A stretch of DNA of 64,000 nt from Raillietiella orientalis (lineage: Eukaryota), in assembly GCA_036172245.1 (NCBI GenBank), contig JAYWIR010000010.1, positions 2,542,001-2,606,000 on the forward strand, written 5' to 3'. The notes beneath the pieces were generated by a model. It was not told the origin of the DNA. It did not search any database and worked only from the letters and a program-made list of their open reading frames with translations. The position numbers and the translations under genes are program-made. Each line of letters begins with the position of its first letter. Position 1 is the stretch's first letter. Below are positions 29,301-48,430 of the stretch, piece after piece.

Positions 29301-31214
29301 GTAGGTAAGTCTTTTAGCATCTTTGAGAACTCCAGTGAGTGATGAAGAGAGAACAGATTAGTGGTGTATGTGAGACAAACACTAATGAGAAATTGCTGGA
29401 AACTGGGCAACTGGAGCAACCTCAAAATTGGTTGCACCCCAAACTTCTATATATGCAAGACAAGTGCAGAGAATAGAGGAGCTATCTTTCTCAACCAAGT
29501 ACAATTTAAAAAAGAGATTCGAACACATCGAAAAAGTTCTTGTGTGGTGAGAGAAATCATGAAACTTTCAAGTCCTTCAACTGACAAAGGATTATGTTTG
29601 GGAAGCATACTCCCTGTACAAACCACATAATGGGTCAGCCTTTGGGTTGGTTGTCAGTGGGCTGGGCACACAGAAGGCATTTTTTCAAAACTCTTTGTGC
29701 TGTAAGCACAACGTTCATTATCTTAAATGGATGCATGCATACCTATGTGAAAACATGAACCTAATCAACAGACCACAAGAGTGCACTAGTTGTGATGAGT
29801 AATCTTTGGTACATGTTGATGGAAGTTTGGAAAGCAAGCAGCAATGCACACAGTGCATTCCACATATTGCAAAAATCAGTATTTTTAGTGCTTCATTCAA
29901 GGATGAAGTTCCAGAACCAGAGTTCTACAAAAAACATTCCCAACCAAGCACTGCGTATTATGTTTCTATCTTGTCATATTTTTAGAATATTATTCTTTGG
30001 ATACATGCAAAATTACTCATGAATCTCATACCTATTTGAAGCAGAAAATTCAGCTTCCCTACTTTTCAACTTGAAATACAGAAATGCTTCTTTCCCTGTG
30101 TGCACTAACTTAAGGCTGTTACAGTGAAACAACAAGAATCATATTCCCTAGTCTCATGTTATGCCAGCATGAAAACTGATGAGTTTCTACTTTCATGAAA
30201 TACTTTTTTGATATCAATTCAAGTATCTGATAATCTCACACTTTGAATTTAATAGAAATTTCCAAAGTTTCCAATAGAAACATCTGTGTGACAAGAAAGA
30301 AAAATGAAAATGGACAATGCACTGTATGTTACTTCTCATTTAGAGTGCCGAGAAAAACTGGATTACTTCTTTCATCTTTTAATTTTTAAGAGCACACATA
30401 TGTGCAAGCATGAATTTTTGTATGTAAATTCTATAATTTTCCTTAAAATAGGAAAATAAAAATCAAAAACATGAAGTTTTAAAAACTTAAAAGATTTTTG
30501 GTCATTAATTTGTATGAACACAATGTATTTAGTAAATGCCATTCACAAACAATTAAGATTTAAAAAATGCATTGGCTGGCATGTGTAAGGGAACTAAAAT
30601 GCTTCTAAGCAATAACGTGATGAAACCTCGAGTCTGTACATTTACTGCTGGTTTTTGTTTAAAATAAATTTCTGCAACATGATATCCAAATGTATTTTTT
30701 TACATTGGTAACACAGTTTCACTAACATACACCATGGAACCACTGAAAATTTGAGTAAAAAAGTATTACTTATTACCAGCAGCATAGAATACGGTGCAAA
30801 AATTTAAATGAACTATATTTGCAACATTTATCAAATTCAAAAGTCAAATTCGAACTTAAATAAAAATTATTTTCAAATATTTAAAATTTCTCAGCAGGCA
30901 AAGTCATTCACAAAATGCGAATCTATGCAAGCATATTTCCTAAGATTCAAACTCATGATTTCTGGCAAAAATGTATGTATGCAAATATACACACATAAAC
31001 TCTAAGTTGAAAAATGCTACTTTTGAGGTCAATTTACTTCTACATGAATTCATTTACAATTAGTCTTCACAAATGGTTATTTCCATAAAATAGGTTTACT
31101 GAAGAACATTTCAATTCTAATTCAGTTAACTCTTAACACGAACATTTCATGATAAGTCTGGTACCTAATGTAAAAAAGTATCCTAAATATAGTCATCTTA
31201 CATGATTACATGAT

Positions 31215-38016
<6,802 letters not shown>

Positions 38017-38829
38017 GATTCTTTTACATTCACATAAAGTACTGAGATCCGATAAAAATGCTAACTTCTCCACTATATTGTTTATAAAAAAACTTTTTTC
38101 CATGGTTAACCTTGGATTTCGGTGTAAAATAACACATCCTCAAGCACGGTACAAAAAACAGAAAAAAAAAAAAAAAACAAAACTGAAGAAATAGTCACTT
38201 CACATAGTTTCAGTTGCGGTTGCAGAAAAGACCTGAAAGCAAACTATATTGGCTACAAAGGCCTTCGTAGTTCGAAACAAATTTTTGTGCCGAATAAGCA
38301 CGTATAGTCAGTTTAACCATTTGTCATCAAAATGATAAAACACTGTGCATACATGCAACAGTTCTAATGACTCATGACTGATTTTATTAATTGTACAGTA
38401 AACCAATTACATTAACAAGCACGCATATTTCAAGCTTAAACCGATATAGGGATGATTTTCATGTACAGTGATGCCAACATATATTGCATCTTGATTGCAT
38501 TCAGGATTTTAATAAAACAAATTTCTTTAAAATCAAATCTTAGATTTTCATATTGTCATAAATTGAATAATTCACATATAAATATTTATATACATATGTG
38601 TTTTTCTTTCGATTTTCAAGGTAAATTAATGGAAAGCTCGAAGTGTAACCTGCACATAAGTGTACATACTCATGAAAGAGAACTTTTGTACCAGCAAACA
38701 TTTCATTTATGCATTCATTTGTAACAAAATATAAAAAAATATGAATGAACAATAACATTTGAAGTATCTTGAAAATTATTATTAAGTTAATAAGCATTAA
38801 TAACTCATCCATTATCATAATCATACAAA

Positions 38830-41800
38830 TGGGGTTGTACCGAGAAACCTCGCCTCCCCATCAAACATTTCCGAAATGACTTCTATTAGTGTATCGTCTC
38901 CAAATTTGCCACCTCTTACCAGTCTTGTGGTAGCGTTGAGCGAGTGAGCATTTGGAGCTGGGTTTCCTCGGCACACACGTCATACAAAACTCGTCTTTGA
39001 TGTTGCCAGTCTAGTTCTCAACCTTGGGGCCACTCATGAGTCCTCCGTGATGAAACATGAGGAGATCCTCGTGGGTGTCTCATGGCAGGTGGTTCTTCCA
39101 AACTGTTGATCAAATTGCTCGCAGGTTAACTTTCGGATGCTCAAGTGGTTGTAAACAGAAGCAATGGTATAGCTACTTCTGTCTTCCTAGGGAATATATT
39201 CCCGGAGATTCTTTTTTATAATTCTGGATCACGCGATGTTGTCCTGATTCGTCTATAATTAGTATGCTCTTTGAGTAAGTCACTTTTATTATATCGATGT
39301 GAAGAAACAATCGCATTTTATGGAAGTTGTGACTAATGGTGAACTGTTTGTAGTATCGAATGGTCAATCGAGACCTTTGGTATATCCATAGACATGTCTC
39401 TCTTGGGATGAGAAGGAAGCAAGGAATTATTAGAACCAGTTCTGACTAGATTTCTTTGTTTCGAGGCATTATTTTTGTTGATGGATCCTCACCATTGCCG
39501 TTATTACTGTTTCCTCTTCTAGGTTGGGTTGATGTTCACCCACTCCAGATTTGCCGATGAAGGCTGACATCAAGCCACTCGAGTTGGGCAACTTCGAGCA
39601 GACTCTGCGAGTTGCAAATGGCCCCTCGTCGCATTCCTCGGTGAATTCCAGGAGTTGTCGCGCTACCATGGTTTGCACGGAGTGCTCCAGAGACTTCGCT
39701 CCGGTCTCGCCGTCTTCTCATAGGCGGAACAAAAGGTTCAGTCTCACCCTGGGTTTGCATTCTGGCATCTGAATCCAAGATGGATTTTGGCTACCACCGG
39801 ATAACTTTGGTCAATTCGTCCTCCTTGGGAAGCAATCACCACCTGCTTTTGTAGAATGAATCTGGGAACCTATGTTCTTGAATCCTTTTAATGAGTTTTG
39901 GTGAACAGGCGTAGATAGGAATGCAAGTACCGCTGGTAGTGAGAGATGGTCACAGTATGGAAAGCGGTCTGCACGCACTTGCGAAGTTCTGCGATTTTAA
40001 CTTCCATGGAGATGTCACCGTCGATTCGATCATGCTGTTGTTAACTCAGTCTCCCGTGCAGGTAGCTCAGGATGGCCTGTTGCTTCCCCAGGCACACACA
40101 TCTTGTCTCCGGAAATGGGAGGTTTGATGCTTTTGAGGAGCACTCACGATTTCTTCTGATTTGGTTGTCCTTCCTTTCTCATTTTCCTGTTGCTGTATTG
40201 TAGGCTGCAGAACAGATGACTCGTGTGTTTCACCCTGTCCCAGTCGGCCACTCGGCAAGTAATAGCGTTTCCCCGTTTCTCCTTGATGACTTCCTAGTGA
40301 CTGCATAGCATCTCGAAGCTGGCTGGCATGCAGATGACATCATTCTCCCTCCGAGGGTTCTCGGTTTTCACGGTGAACCGCCGTAGGGAGTGGTCCGACA
40401 GCAGAGTTTGCGTGTCTCAGAACTACTGCAAGCGATTGCAGATTTCTTTGTTGTGGAAGATGCGGTTGATCGAGTTGTGTCTCGCTGTGAGCCACAGAGT
40501 TGGAGATGACGATGTCTTTGAGTGCAACGTTGCCATGCAGATAGCTCTCTGCATTGATTTTGCACGTCGATGCTTTTTTTTTCTCAGCCAGGAGCAGGCG
40601 GTTTCTTCCGGACCAGGAAATTCGAATTATACTGCCTGACCATCTCAAGGATGGTGTGCTCAATCTCTCTCTTCACAAGAATCGCCACCCCTTTCCTCTT
40701 TTTTTCACGCTTGCTTCTGAACAGTTGGGAGTCCAGTAGTCACTCGAGCTCGAGGCAGGTCTGGTTGCCCATATAGTGGGTTTCTCGCAGGCATACAATA
40801 TGGTCACACTCGAAGGTCCGCGTGATGCATCTCCTTTTTTCTTGGTTTCACAATCCATTGACGTTACACGAATCCTGACCTGCTTATGTTTGCGTATCTG
40901 GCCGTCGATGAGAAGTTCATTGAGATTTACCTGGAGGCACTGGTCTTTTTGCGCCTCTGCTGAGACCACTTGTGGCTCCTGTTAGCAGCGCGTTCTTCCC
41001 CGACGTAGCTTTTGGTTTCCACGTAGTCCTGTGCTATCTGTGACAAAGTGGCCTTTGTATTTGGTTCTGTTTTACCCCTTTTCCACCATCTCGATGCATT
41101 TGATCACCACACAGCATCTTGCTCCTCACAGTGCGGGTGATGTTCCTCGTTGAGGACTTCCTCAAGGATGACTTCCCGTACAGAACAGAGTTGGTGCGGG
41201 ATACTCGCCCGTTTCTCACTGCTTGTACCCAGTCGCACTTCGTTACTTTTTCCATCTGCGGTTTGTATTCTTTTATTGTTACGAATTCCTTGCTGGGTAC
41301 GGCACTTTCTGGCTGCGCTTCCTTTTCCCTTGCCTCCTCTTCACTTACGAGAATTCCGTTGCTGTGGTAGCGGTCTTGTCCGGCATTACTTTTTTTTTTT
41401 CATTATTCTGCTGTATCTTCTCGAACAAAAGAGGAAAGATTCGGATCTATCACCAGTTGGTATACCTCTTGCTTTCCCTCTTTGCATGTTTTCGTAGCTT
41501 GCAGAAGCAGCACAACTGCGGCTGCGTACACGATTTGATGAAGTACCCTTGTTGGTCACAGCAGGAGCATTGTGTTCTGATGTAGGTGCCGACTCGCTGT
41601 CCAGAACTCTTGCAACCAATGCAAACTCCTGGTTGCTGCCGGTACCCTATCAGTACCTCCTGGTAGTCCCACCCCTAGGATCTTGACATCCTCATCCATC
41701 TTTACGCGGGAGATGCCCTCCTCGAGAAGACCTTGCTCACTCGGTATCTGAATCCAGCAGTTTTACTTCTCCGTTGGGACAGGTCATCCCAGACTTTCTT

Positions 41801-42160
41801 CATGCTGGTGTGCAAACTAATTCCCTCCATGTATACTGCTGTGGTGGCGGATATACCAACTATATACAGCAGACTCCCATACAGGGTGATGCCCTGTTTG
41901 ACTGTTGCGCCGATCAGTTGCTCACAACCGTGTGGATTGTGAATCCGCTGACGCACTGGATGACCTCTTGGATACTATCAAAGTTGTCGTCTTTCTTGTA
42001 CGGTGCAAAATTATGCCCTTCACACTGCTGATTTTTAGTCGCTCTCGATGTTGCAGCTCACCGCCTTAAGCTCACAACCTACTTTTTCAATGGGGATGTC
42101 CTCCCGTTGAATTACCTGAAATTCCGACTTAATAGAAGTACGCTTAAGGTTCTACGTTAC
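38830..42160 (-). mobile_element. Decayed L1/Tx1-clade (APE-type) non-LTR retrotransposon: ORF1, endonuclease, partial RT and C-terminal Cys domain
   Basis: ORF1-like AVYMEGISLHTS and knuckle relic YRQQPGVCIGCKSSG (~41590-41650). APE motifs GGD and SINRIF...LSDHSL (~40385-40460). RT N-terminus FPDSFYKS/LLPKEDELTKVIRW*PKSILDSDAR (~39770-39870). C-terminal VWKNHLP*DTHEDLLMFHHGGL...FCMTC (~38950-39110). Many stops and frameshifts; much of the RT appears deleted. Confidence 0.75.
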
Positions 42161-42990
42161 TCCCTTCATATTGGCATCTCCGGGGACTTGAGATCGACTG
42201 GGGACGGTGTTCAAAGACCCTCCTCCACATCAGACTCCAGGATCTTACTGGAGTATTTGCTACTAGCGCCAAGATCTGCGCCAACGGCGGCTCCAGGTGA
42301 GTTCTCGTCAAACCCTTCTGCGCGCACCATCGTGACCCTCCCATTCACGGAACCTGAAAAACCCTGCGTCCTCTGGAGGCAAATGTCGGAAGGCAGGAAC
42401 CGGCTCTGTCCCGGTGGTTGGGAGCAGGCTTGACGCTTGAGCGCCATCCACCTTCAGGTCCGTTGCTTTGATAGGTAAGTTGCCACACATTCCTTAGCGG
42501 ATTCTGATTTCCATGGCCACCGTTCTGCTGTTCATAGGAACCAACACCTTTCATGAGATCTGATGAGCGTCGCATCGGGAGCGGTAGTCCAACGTTTGGT
42601 TCATCCCAGCGTCAGTTCTGTTTACCAGAATCGGTCCACTGAGCGCTCATGGAACCGAAATTCCAGACTTTGGCTTTCAAGCAAGACGGACTTGTCACTC
42701 GTTTAAAGTTCAAGAATAGGTTGAAGTCATTTCAGCCCCAAGCCTCCAATCATTCGCTTTACCGGATGAGACTTCGTTCCTTTTCTGCTTCAGCGAGCGC
42801 CAGATATTCTGAGGGAAACGTAAGAGGGAACCAGCTCTACATGGTTCGTTTCATCTTTCGCATCTATACCCAGCTTCTACGACCAATTCACATTAGTATC
42901 GCAGCGGACCTCCACCAGAGCTTCATCTGGCTCCGTTTCCTCTGGTTAGGCATATTTCACAGCTCCTCCGTGTAAGACGCGTGCGGTGTT
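42160..42990 (-). pseudogene. Degenerate 28S rRNA gene fragment (about the LR3 core to expansion segment D7a)
   Basis: The reverse complement contains LSU core motifs with substitutions: GTGAAATATGCC, CTCTGGTGGAGGTCCG, CTGGTTCCCTC..GTTTCCCTCAG, ATCCGGTAAAGCGAATGATT, CTGGTAAACAGAACTG, ACGGTGGCCATGGAAATCAGAATCCGCTAAGGA, GCAGATCTTGGCGCTAGTAGCAAATA, CAGTCGATCTCAAG. No 18S, 5.8S or distal 28S seen nearby. Confidence 0.93.
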
Positions 42991-43029
42991 GCCACCATTA
43001 GTGGCACGGCTATCTGCATGGTAAGGACA

Positions 43030-46000
43030 GCTGTGTCTGACGCACATCCATAGCCTAGCCATCTGATCTTTCCCTTGATAACCTGGTAGCTTGGTATCTT
43101 TTTGATACCTGGTTTAAAAGAGTTACTTCGTCACCTCTAACCTCACACTGGTTTCATTCTCCCAAGTAATCATGGCTTTACTGACTTCGAGGCCACTCAA
43201 GTGTGATGCCTGAAGTACGGCCAACAAGTATGGCCACGCAATTGTTCGAAGACTGGAGCTGATGTTCAAGAGCGAGAGTCAAGCTCGATGCTTCCTCCCC
43301 TTCAGTGAATTCCGAGATATGGTTCTGGAAGAACCACGATAAAGAAAAGAGTTCAAGTACAAGATTTTATTTCTCTCTTTTCGCTCCCGGTGGAGTTCTG
43401 CGATCGGTTGAGAGCATTATAAGTGGGAGTGTGGAATTCCAAGGACATTTAAATTCTTGGAGAACTCGACGCCCCTTGCACAAAGGCAGAAGATGGCCGG
43501 CCCTAGATTGCAACACAGTCGAAATATTGGGAGGACCTTCTGATCCGCCGTCCAGAACAACCAGCTTCTTCAGTGACGGCAAATACAGTATGGAAAGAGC
43601 GTAAAAGGTGCAGGGAATCCGAATCCTTCAAACGACTTTTCGTGTCCTCCCATGGACATTTCCCTTTCGTGTACTTACCGGGTAAAATGGGAACTTTTAA
43701 ACAGCTGAACCCACGATGGGGGTAGTTGACAATTCTCTTAGACATTTGTTTCGTGTATCAAATTTTTTGAATACGCGCAAGCAAAATTATTACGGCTGCA
43801 TGTGCTCATGCTTCCCCTGAGGCAACAGCACAACGAGCCCAGAGGGCGTGTTGCCACCAAGCTCGTCATTCTCCTATCGTCTTGTTCAAGAATAGCTTGC
43901 ACCCCTTTGCAAGAAGAACGCTCATTTGAAGGAACAATGCGGGTACGTGCAACGAACGCGCTTCCTTGGTGGACCTCCCCTCAGAAAAGTCATTGCTTCT
44001 TGGAACGTCAACACATTCTCTCACTGCAGAAGCTGTAAAGACGCTTCAACGTTTATCCGAAAGCCTTACCACAGCTACAGCCGAATTCTGAGCGGCTGGA
44101 ACGAACGATCCTCCGAAGCAACTCCCACCAGGCTTGCTAGGATCAGAAGCTCGCTATTTGTTTCCGTTTGCTTCCTTTGATTGCAAGTTCTGATGTGCCT
44201 TCCTGGAAGGAGTATCGCTGGAAGTTGTCTTTTTGGAGGAGTTGTCATCCTCCATCTGAGAGAACTGTCAAGAGGCGCTGATTCATTCCCCATTGAAAGG
44301 AAACAGTTTTGCAATAGGATAAATGAGGAATCCAATCAAGGACAGTTAACTCAATGCAGGTTCGACTTCTCCCTGGTCTGGCATCGACAGCACATGTTTT
44401 CTATGCAGGTACGGATCCCCTCCGACCATTGGGTTTCGTACACTTTCAACTACTTTATAGTGACAAAAAAAAGGCGCAGTTAGTGGTTGCAGAGAAAAAA
44501 GAGGGTGATTTTTCCGGAAGGAACTCCAAAATGCCAGGAGAACAGCTAAAAAGGGAGAAATTGCCAGGAAACAAAAGCTGAAGAGAAGTTCTACTCAGCC
44601 TACCGCGAGCTGCGATGGGGATGAAGGTCACAACTTTGTATGCTTGTGTCCGTAAATGTCTGAAAAGGGAAAGGCATGAGAATCCATCTACCGTTTACTC
44701 GTGTGATTTGGGTAACTAGGAAGAGAGTGCACTCTGATGAGAAGAGCGGCCGCGAACTTCGTCGAGCAGCATATAGCAGGTGGTGGTGGTGGTGTCAAAG
44801 ACAGTGGTGTCGGAGGCCAAAAATGGGAACAGAAAACCCACTGCAATTTTTTCCATCCCCTGGCTCCAAAACTCCTGGCTTCGATGCATTTTCCCAGCCA
44901 ACCTACATCGCGACTTCGCGCCCATCACAGCCCCGTCAATCAGAAACAGGAATGGAAACCTTGCTCGTGAAGACATTTCTAGATGGAGAAAGGATTTCAT
45001 TTCATTTTCATTCCTAGCGACGATCAATTCATGGAAGACTGTGCCAAAAGCGTTTGCGAAGTCTATGAAGACTGCGCAGAAAAACTTCAACTGGTGACGA
45101 GCAGAGTCTATCTTGTTTGGATTACGGAGTTCTGTTCTAGCATCCCATCAAAGAACAGGAAGCCCTTTTGTTAGGTGCAGGTGCCATTACTCCGTTGTCC
45201 AATATCCAGATTCTTGTTCTGGAGGCTAAGCACTTGGCGTACAGCCTTATGCACTGTCACCAATTGATATTGGCCTCTAGTTGGAGATGTTCTCTGCTGA
45301 TGAGGGGTTCTTCCCCATAAGCACCGTCTTGGTGCACTTCCACTCTTCTGGAATTCGACGAAATTTTCTTTAAGAATTAAAGATTATCGTAAGCATCTCT
45401 GATTCTGGGTCTTTACTTCTCCAGCCAGCATATGTTATTCCATCTCCAGGAGAGAAGTTTTCGGCATTCCACAGTATTGCCGCTACCTCCTCCTGTGTAA
45501 ATACAGATATTTCTATGAGGGATGCTTTCTGGCTTCTTCCCAGCAGTATCTTTTGGGGAATCTCTTTGTCTGATTCGTGATTTCTCTCCAACTCTCTTTC
45601 AAAATGCTTTTCTATCGTCTCAACCTCCAGCCTGCAAGTTTGGTCCTGCTGACTCAGAGTTGCTCGAACTGCTCTTAATTCTGTTAATATTGTAGAGTTT
45701 CTGGATGGAGAATCTGTCGTTTGGATCAATTCTCGGTTTTCTTTCTCTGTTCCATCTTGTTTTGACACCTTAGTTTTCACGAGATGATATGTCGCGAAAA
45801 AGTCCTCCCAGCGAGACCTTTCTTCATCTGGGATCCAAAGATGGATTCTTTCTTCGTTGAATTTCGAATAATAATTCGGTTTCCATGTCTATTTTACTTT
45901 CCAGCCTCTTAATTTCCATATGTTTTGTATTTCTTCTGTTTTTCTCGTCTCTTCTGAAGGTTCTCGCTCGCTCTCCTGAGCGACTGTGGCTGGGGGATGA

Positions 46001-46760
46001 CAGCCCAAAAGGAGGGGGGAATCACACCATACTTTGTAGTCGATGGAAGCGAGCAGGTTGTAGTTGCTCCTTTTCCATGTCTTCTTTTAGTTCATCTCCG
46101 ATCAGAGGGCTTATAATTGTTTCCAAATTTCCAAAAAAAAAAACACTTACTCCCCTTCTAGTGGGGGCATCGCGGGTAATATTCATACTGTCGTGTTTTC
46201 CCTTCTCGTATCTTATTTCTCTTCTGCTGCTTCCTGTTTATTCTCTTTTAATCTTCCATCTCCAAGTATATTAATGGATGTGACTTCTCTCCGTTGGCAG
46301 GTTGCAGCCTCCCAGCTCGTTCATGCCATACTCGATGGTTTAGCAGGTCTTTTCTTGTGGAAAAGACCATGAAGCACTCCGGTCTGGTACAGACGAGTCT
46401 CGTCGACACTTGTACCGTGACCACGGGAGCAGACGAAGAGGGTTCTCAATTGCAGACGTGATGAGAAAGTATTGCTAAATGTATGTCAGCACTGCATCTT
46501 CTATATTTGTATCTTATTGATTCCTCTTCCATTCTGTGTGTGCTCATCTTGTGCTTCTTCATTTTGGGGACTTGGATTCGAACTAATGCAGCCTTAGATA
46601 TATAGTTGAATCCCACGACGCCACAGGCCATTGCGGATACCAATGGATATAGTAAAGTGACCACGTGAGCCTGCGGATCCCAGTCTTTCTTCTCCACAGT
46701 TTTCATTTCTTCTTCCCTTTCTTCTTCCGGCTCTTTTTCCAGTTGGCGCAGGTTTCTCCA
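43030..46760 (-). mobile_element. Decayed RLE-type non-LTR retrotransposon, NeSL/Utopia-like, near full length
   Basis: N-terminal LLYPLVSAMAC...H segment and C2H2 finger CTRPECFMVFSTRKDLLNHRVWH (~46325-46395). RT motifs FTQEEVAAILWNAENFSPGDGITYAGWRSKDP, IPEEWKCTKTVL...N*RPISI, QKGFLFFDGMLEQN and CAVFIDFANAFGTVFHELI. The C-terminal half is heavily eroded. Confidence 0.8.
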
Positions 46761-47620
46761 GATGGACGGTGACCTTCAGCGTAAACAAGAGGTTCCTTGC
46801 CTACTTTTCAGGGGACTAAGCATATATAGTCTTGTCAGTTTCACACAAATTCCTCTTTTCCAGTGGTATAAAAAAGCCATCTTGCAGGACCAACGAAATG
46901 CATTCTCCAAGCCGCGGCCTGGGGAATGTGAGTCCTCGCTTACAAAAACGAACTTGAAGGGAGAATAACCCGCAGGAAACGTGAACGTTGGCAACACCAA
47001 GACACTCAGTGGTCCAGTGAGCCCTAAACTCACCAACATAAGAATGCTGGAAAACCATCCGAAGGTCTTGGCGAAGATCAGGTCCAGATTAGGTAACGCC
47101 GCACTCGATCCACGGGCGATCGGGACGTTCCTGTGGAGATCCTCGCTGCTACCGAACGTTCAGGACTGCCACCTGATGTTCTACCACGGAGGCATCCTGT
47201 GCTGCACGAGGCTCCAACACTGGACCACGAACCCCGATGACAGCCGGTATCCAGGGTGCGGGTCGATCGAAGACGACCTGCACATCTACACCTGCCGAAC
47301 CCTCGTCCAGGATTGGAGGGTTGTGAAGCGGGCGTTAGAGATGGGAGGACAGGTCGACGCTGGAAATACTACGATGACTCTTCGAAGGCGAAGAAGGCGT
47401 TCCCCGCTACAACCCTACGGTGCGGGTGATTGTCGCCTTCTTCCTGAGGAGCATCCTCGTCAGAAGGACCAAGTTGACCCACGGAGATGTGTGCACTGCC
47501 CGAGACATTCTCTCAGGAACCCTGAAAAAGGAGATAGTCATCCGGGCGTGCGGAAGAGTTCCATCTTAGACTCTCCTGCATTGCCTGCGAATCGTGAACT
47601 GTGCGGCCGGACGGTGTAGT
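46760..47620 (+). mobile_element. 3' fragment of an L1/Tx1-like element (zf-RVT-like C-terminus), inverted relative to the copy at 38830-42160
   Basis: ORF 46981-47619 segment HPKV...FLWRSSLLPNVQDCHLMFYHGGIL...GCGSIEDDLHIYTC..LVQDW aligns by eye with HPKV..VWKNHLP*DTHEDLLMFHHGGL...LPQDW at 38900-39140 (-). Confidence 0.65.
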
Positions 47621-47759
47621 GCTGTACCAGTGCAGGCCGTATCAGTGATTGTGTGCTGTGTTGTTTGCGTGAATGTAATGCGATTGGTTTGTTTTTTGTT
47701 TCAATAGATCCATCCCACCGCAAGTTGGACTGGGGAAAGGGACTGCAGAAGTTACCTGA

Positions 47760-48430
47760 GTCCTGCCACTTTACGGGAAGAGGTCCTTCCTATACAAGTG
47801 ACCCATCCGATGTATCGAGGATACGTTCTGAAAATCTTGTAAGATGGAGCATTATATTCTTTCCCGTCGTTGATGACTTTTCCTGCTTCTTGTCAAGCTT
47901 GGATTGCACCAATACTTCGTCCTTTCCCGGATTCCATGGTCCCAGAAATTCCACTCGAATGCTGTTAAGGTAGCAAGCACTCCTTCGGAAGTGGATTTCA
48001 GTCAGTCTTGTATGCGCTTGCTGTTTCTATGTCTTGCTTCTTACAATGAAGCTGATGAGTACTCATAAGGACACGACAGATTCGAGATATCACCTCCCCT
48101 TCTCCTTGGAGCACTGGATCTGGTGTGGACCTTGGATCTGTTCTCGGAGTAGCCTTGGTTGACCACTACCAACTCCCAATGCTTCACAGCAACCTTCTTG
48201 ATTTTGGTCACCAGCTCTCCCTCAATCGTCTGGTAGTGGACGCATCTGCTGAAGACGGAAAAATGACGAAGGGTACTGGAGAGCAAGTATGGAAGATTGG
48301 CTCTTCGCTCAGTGATAATAGAGCAATGATTTCCAAAATTCGTGTTTCTCCTGATTTAAAGATCAGGAGAATCACGAATTGCTGAGGGAAATGAATGGCA
48401 GATGGCTGCCTTCGACTCCATTGACATTTC
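47760..48430 (-). mobile_element. Decayed C-terminal RLE endonuclease region of a NeSL/Utopia-like element
   Basis: LVTKIKKVAVKHWELVVVNQ...LSCPYE...FLGPWNPGKD resembles the IVARIKKA..WEVISENQ..PD..VTCPFE..LGSWDP pattern of this clade. Confidence 0.6.

Noticed and set aside
42160..42990. Functional rDNA unit
   Set aside because: Only a partial 28S with many substitutions and deletions in invariant cores; no 18S, 5.8S or 3' half.
44733..44770. Hammerhead ribozyme (CTGATGA core); similar cores at ~30176 and ~48052
   Set aside because: No stem II followed by GAAA, and no closing helices.
43030..46760. Canonical R2 element at the R2 site
   Set aside because: The R2 target (AAGGTAGCCAAATGCC region) lies well downstream of the 28S part present, and the RT motifs look NeSL/Utopia-like rather than R2.
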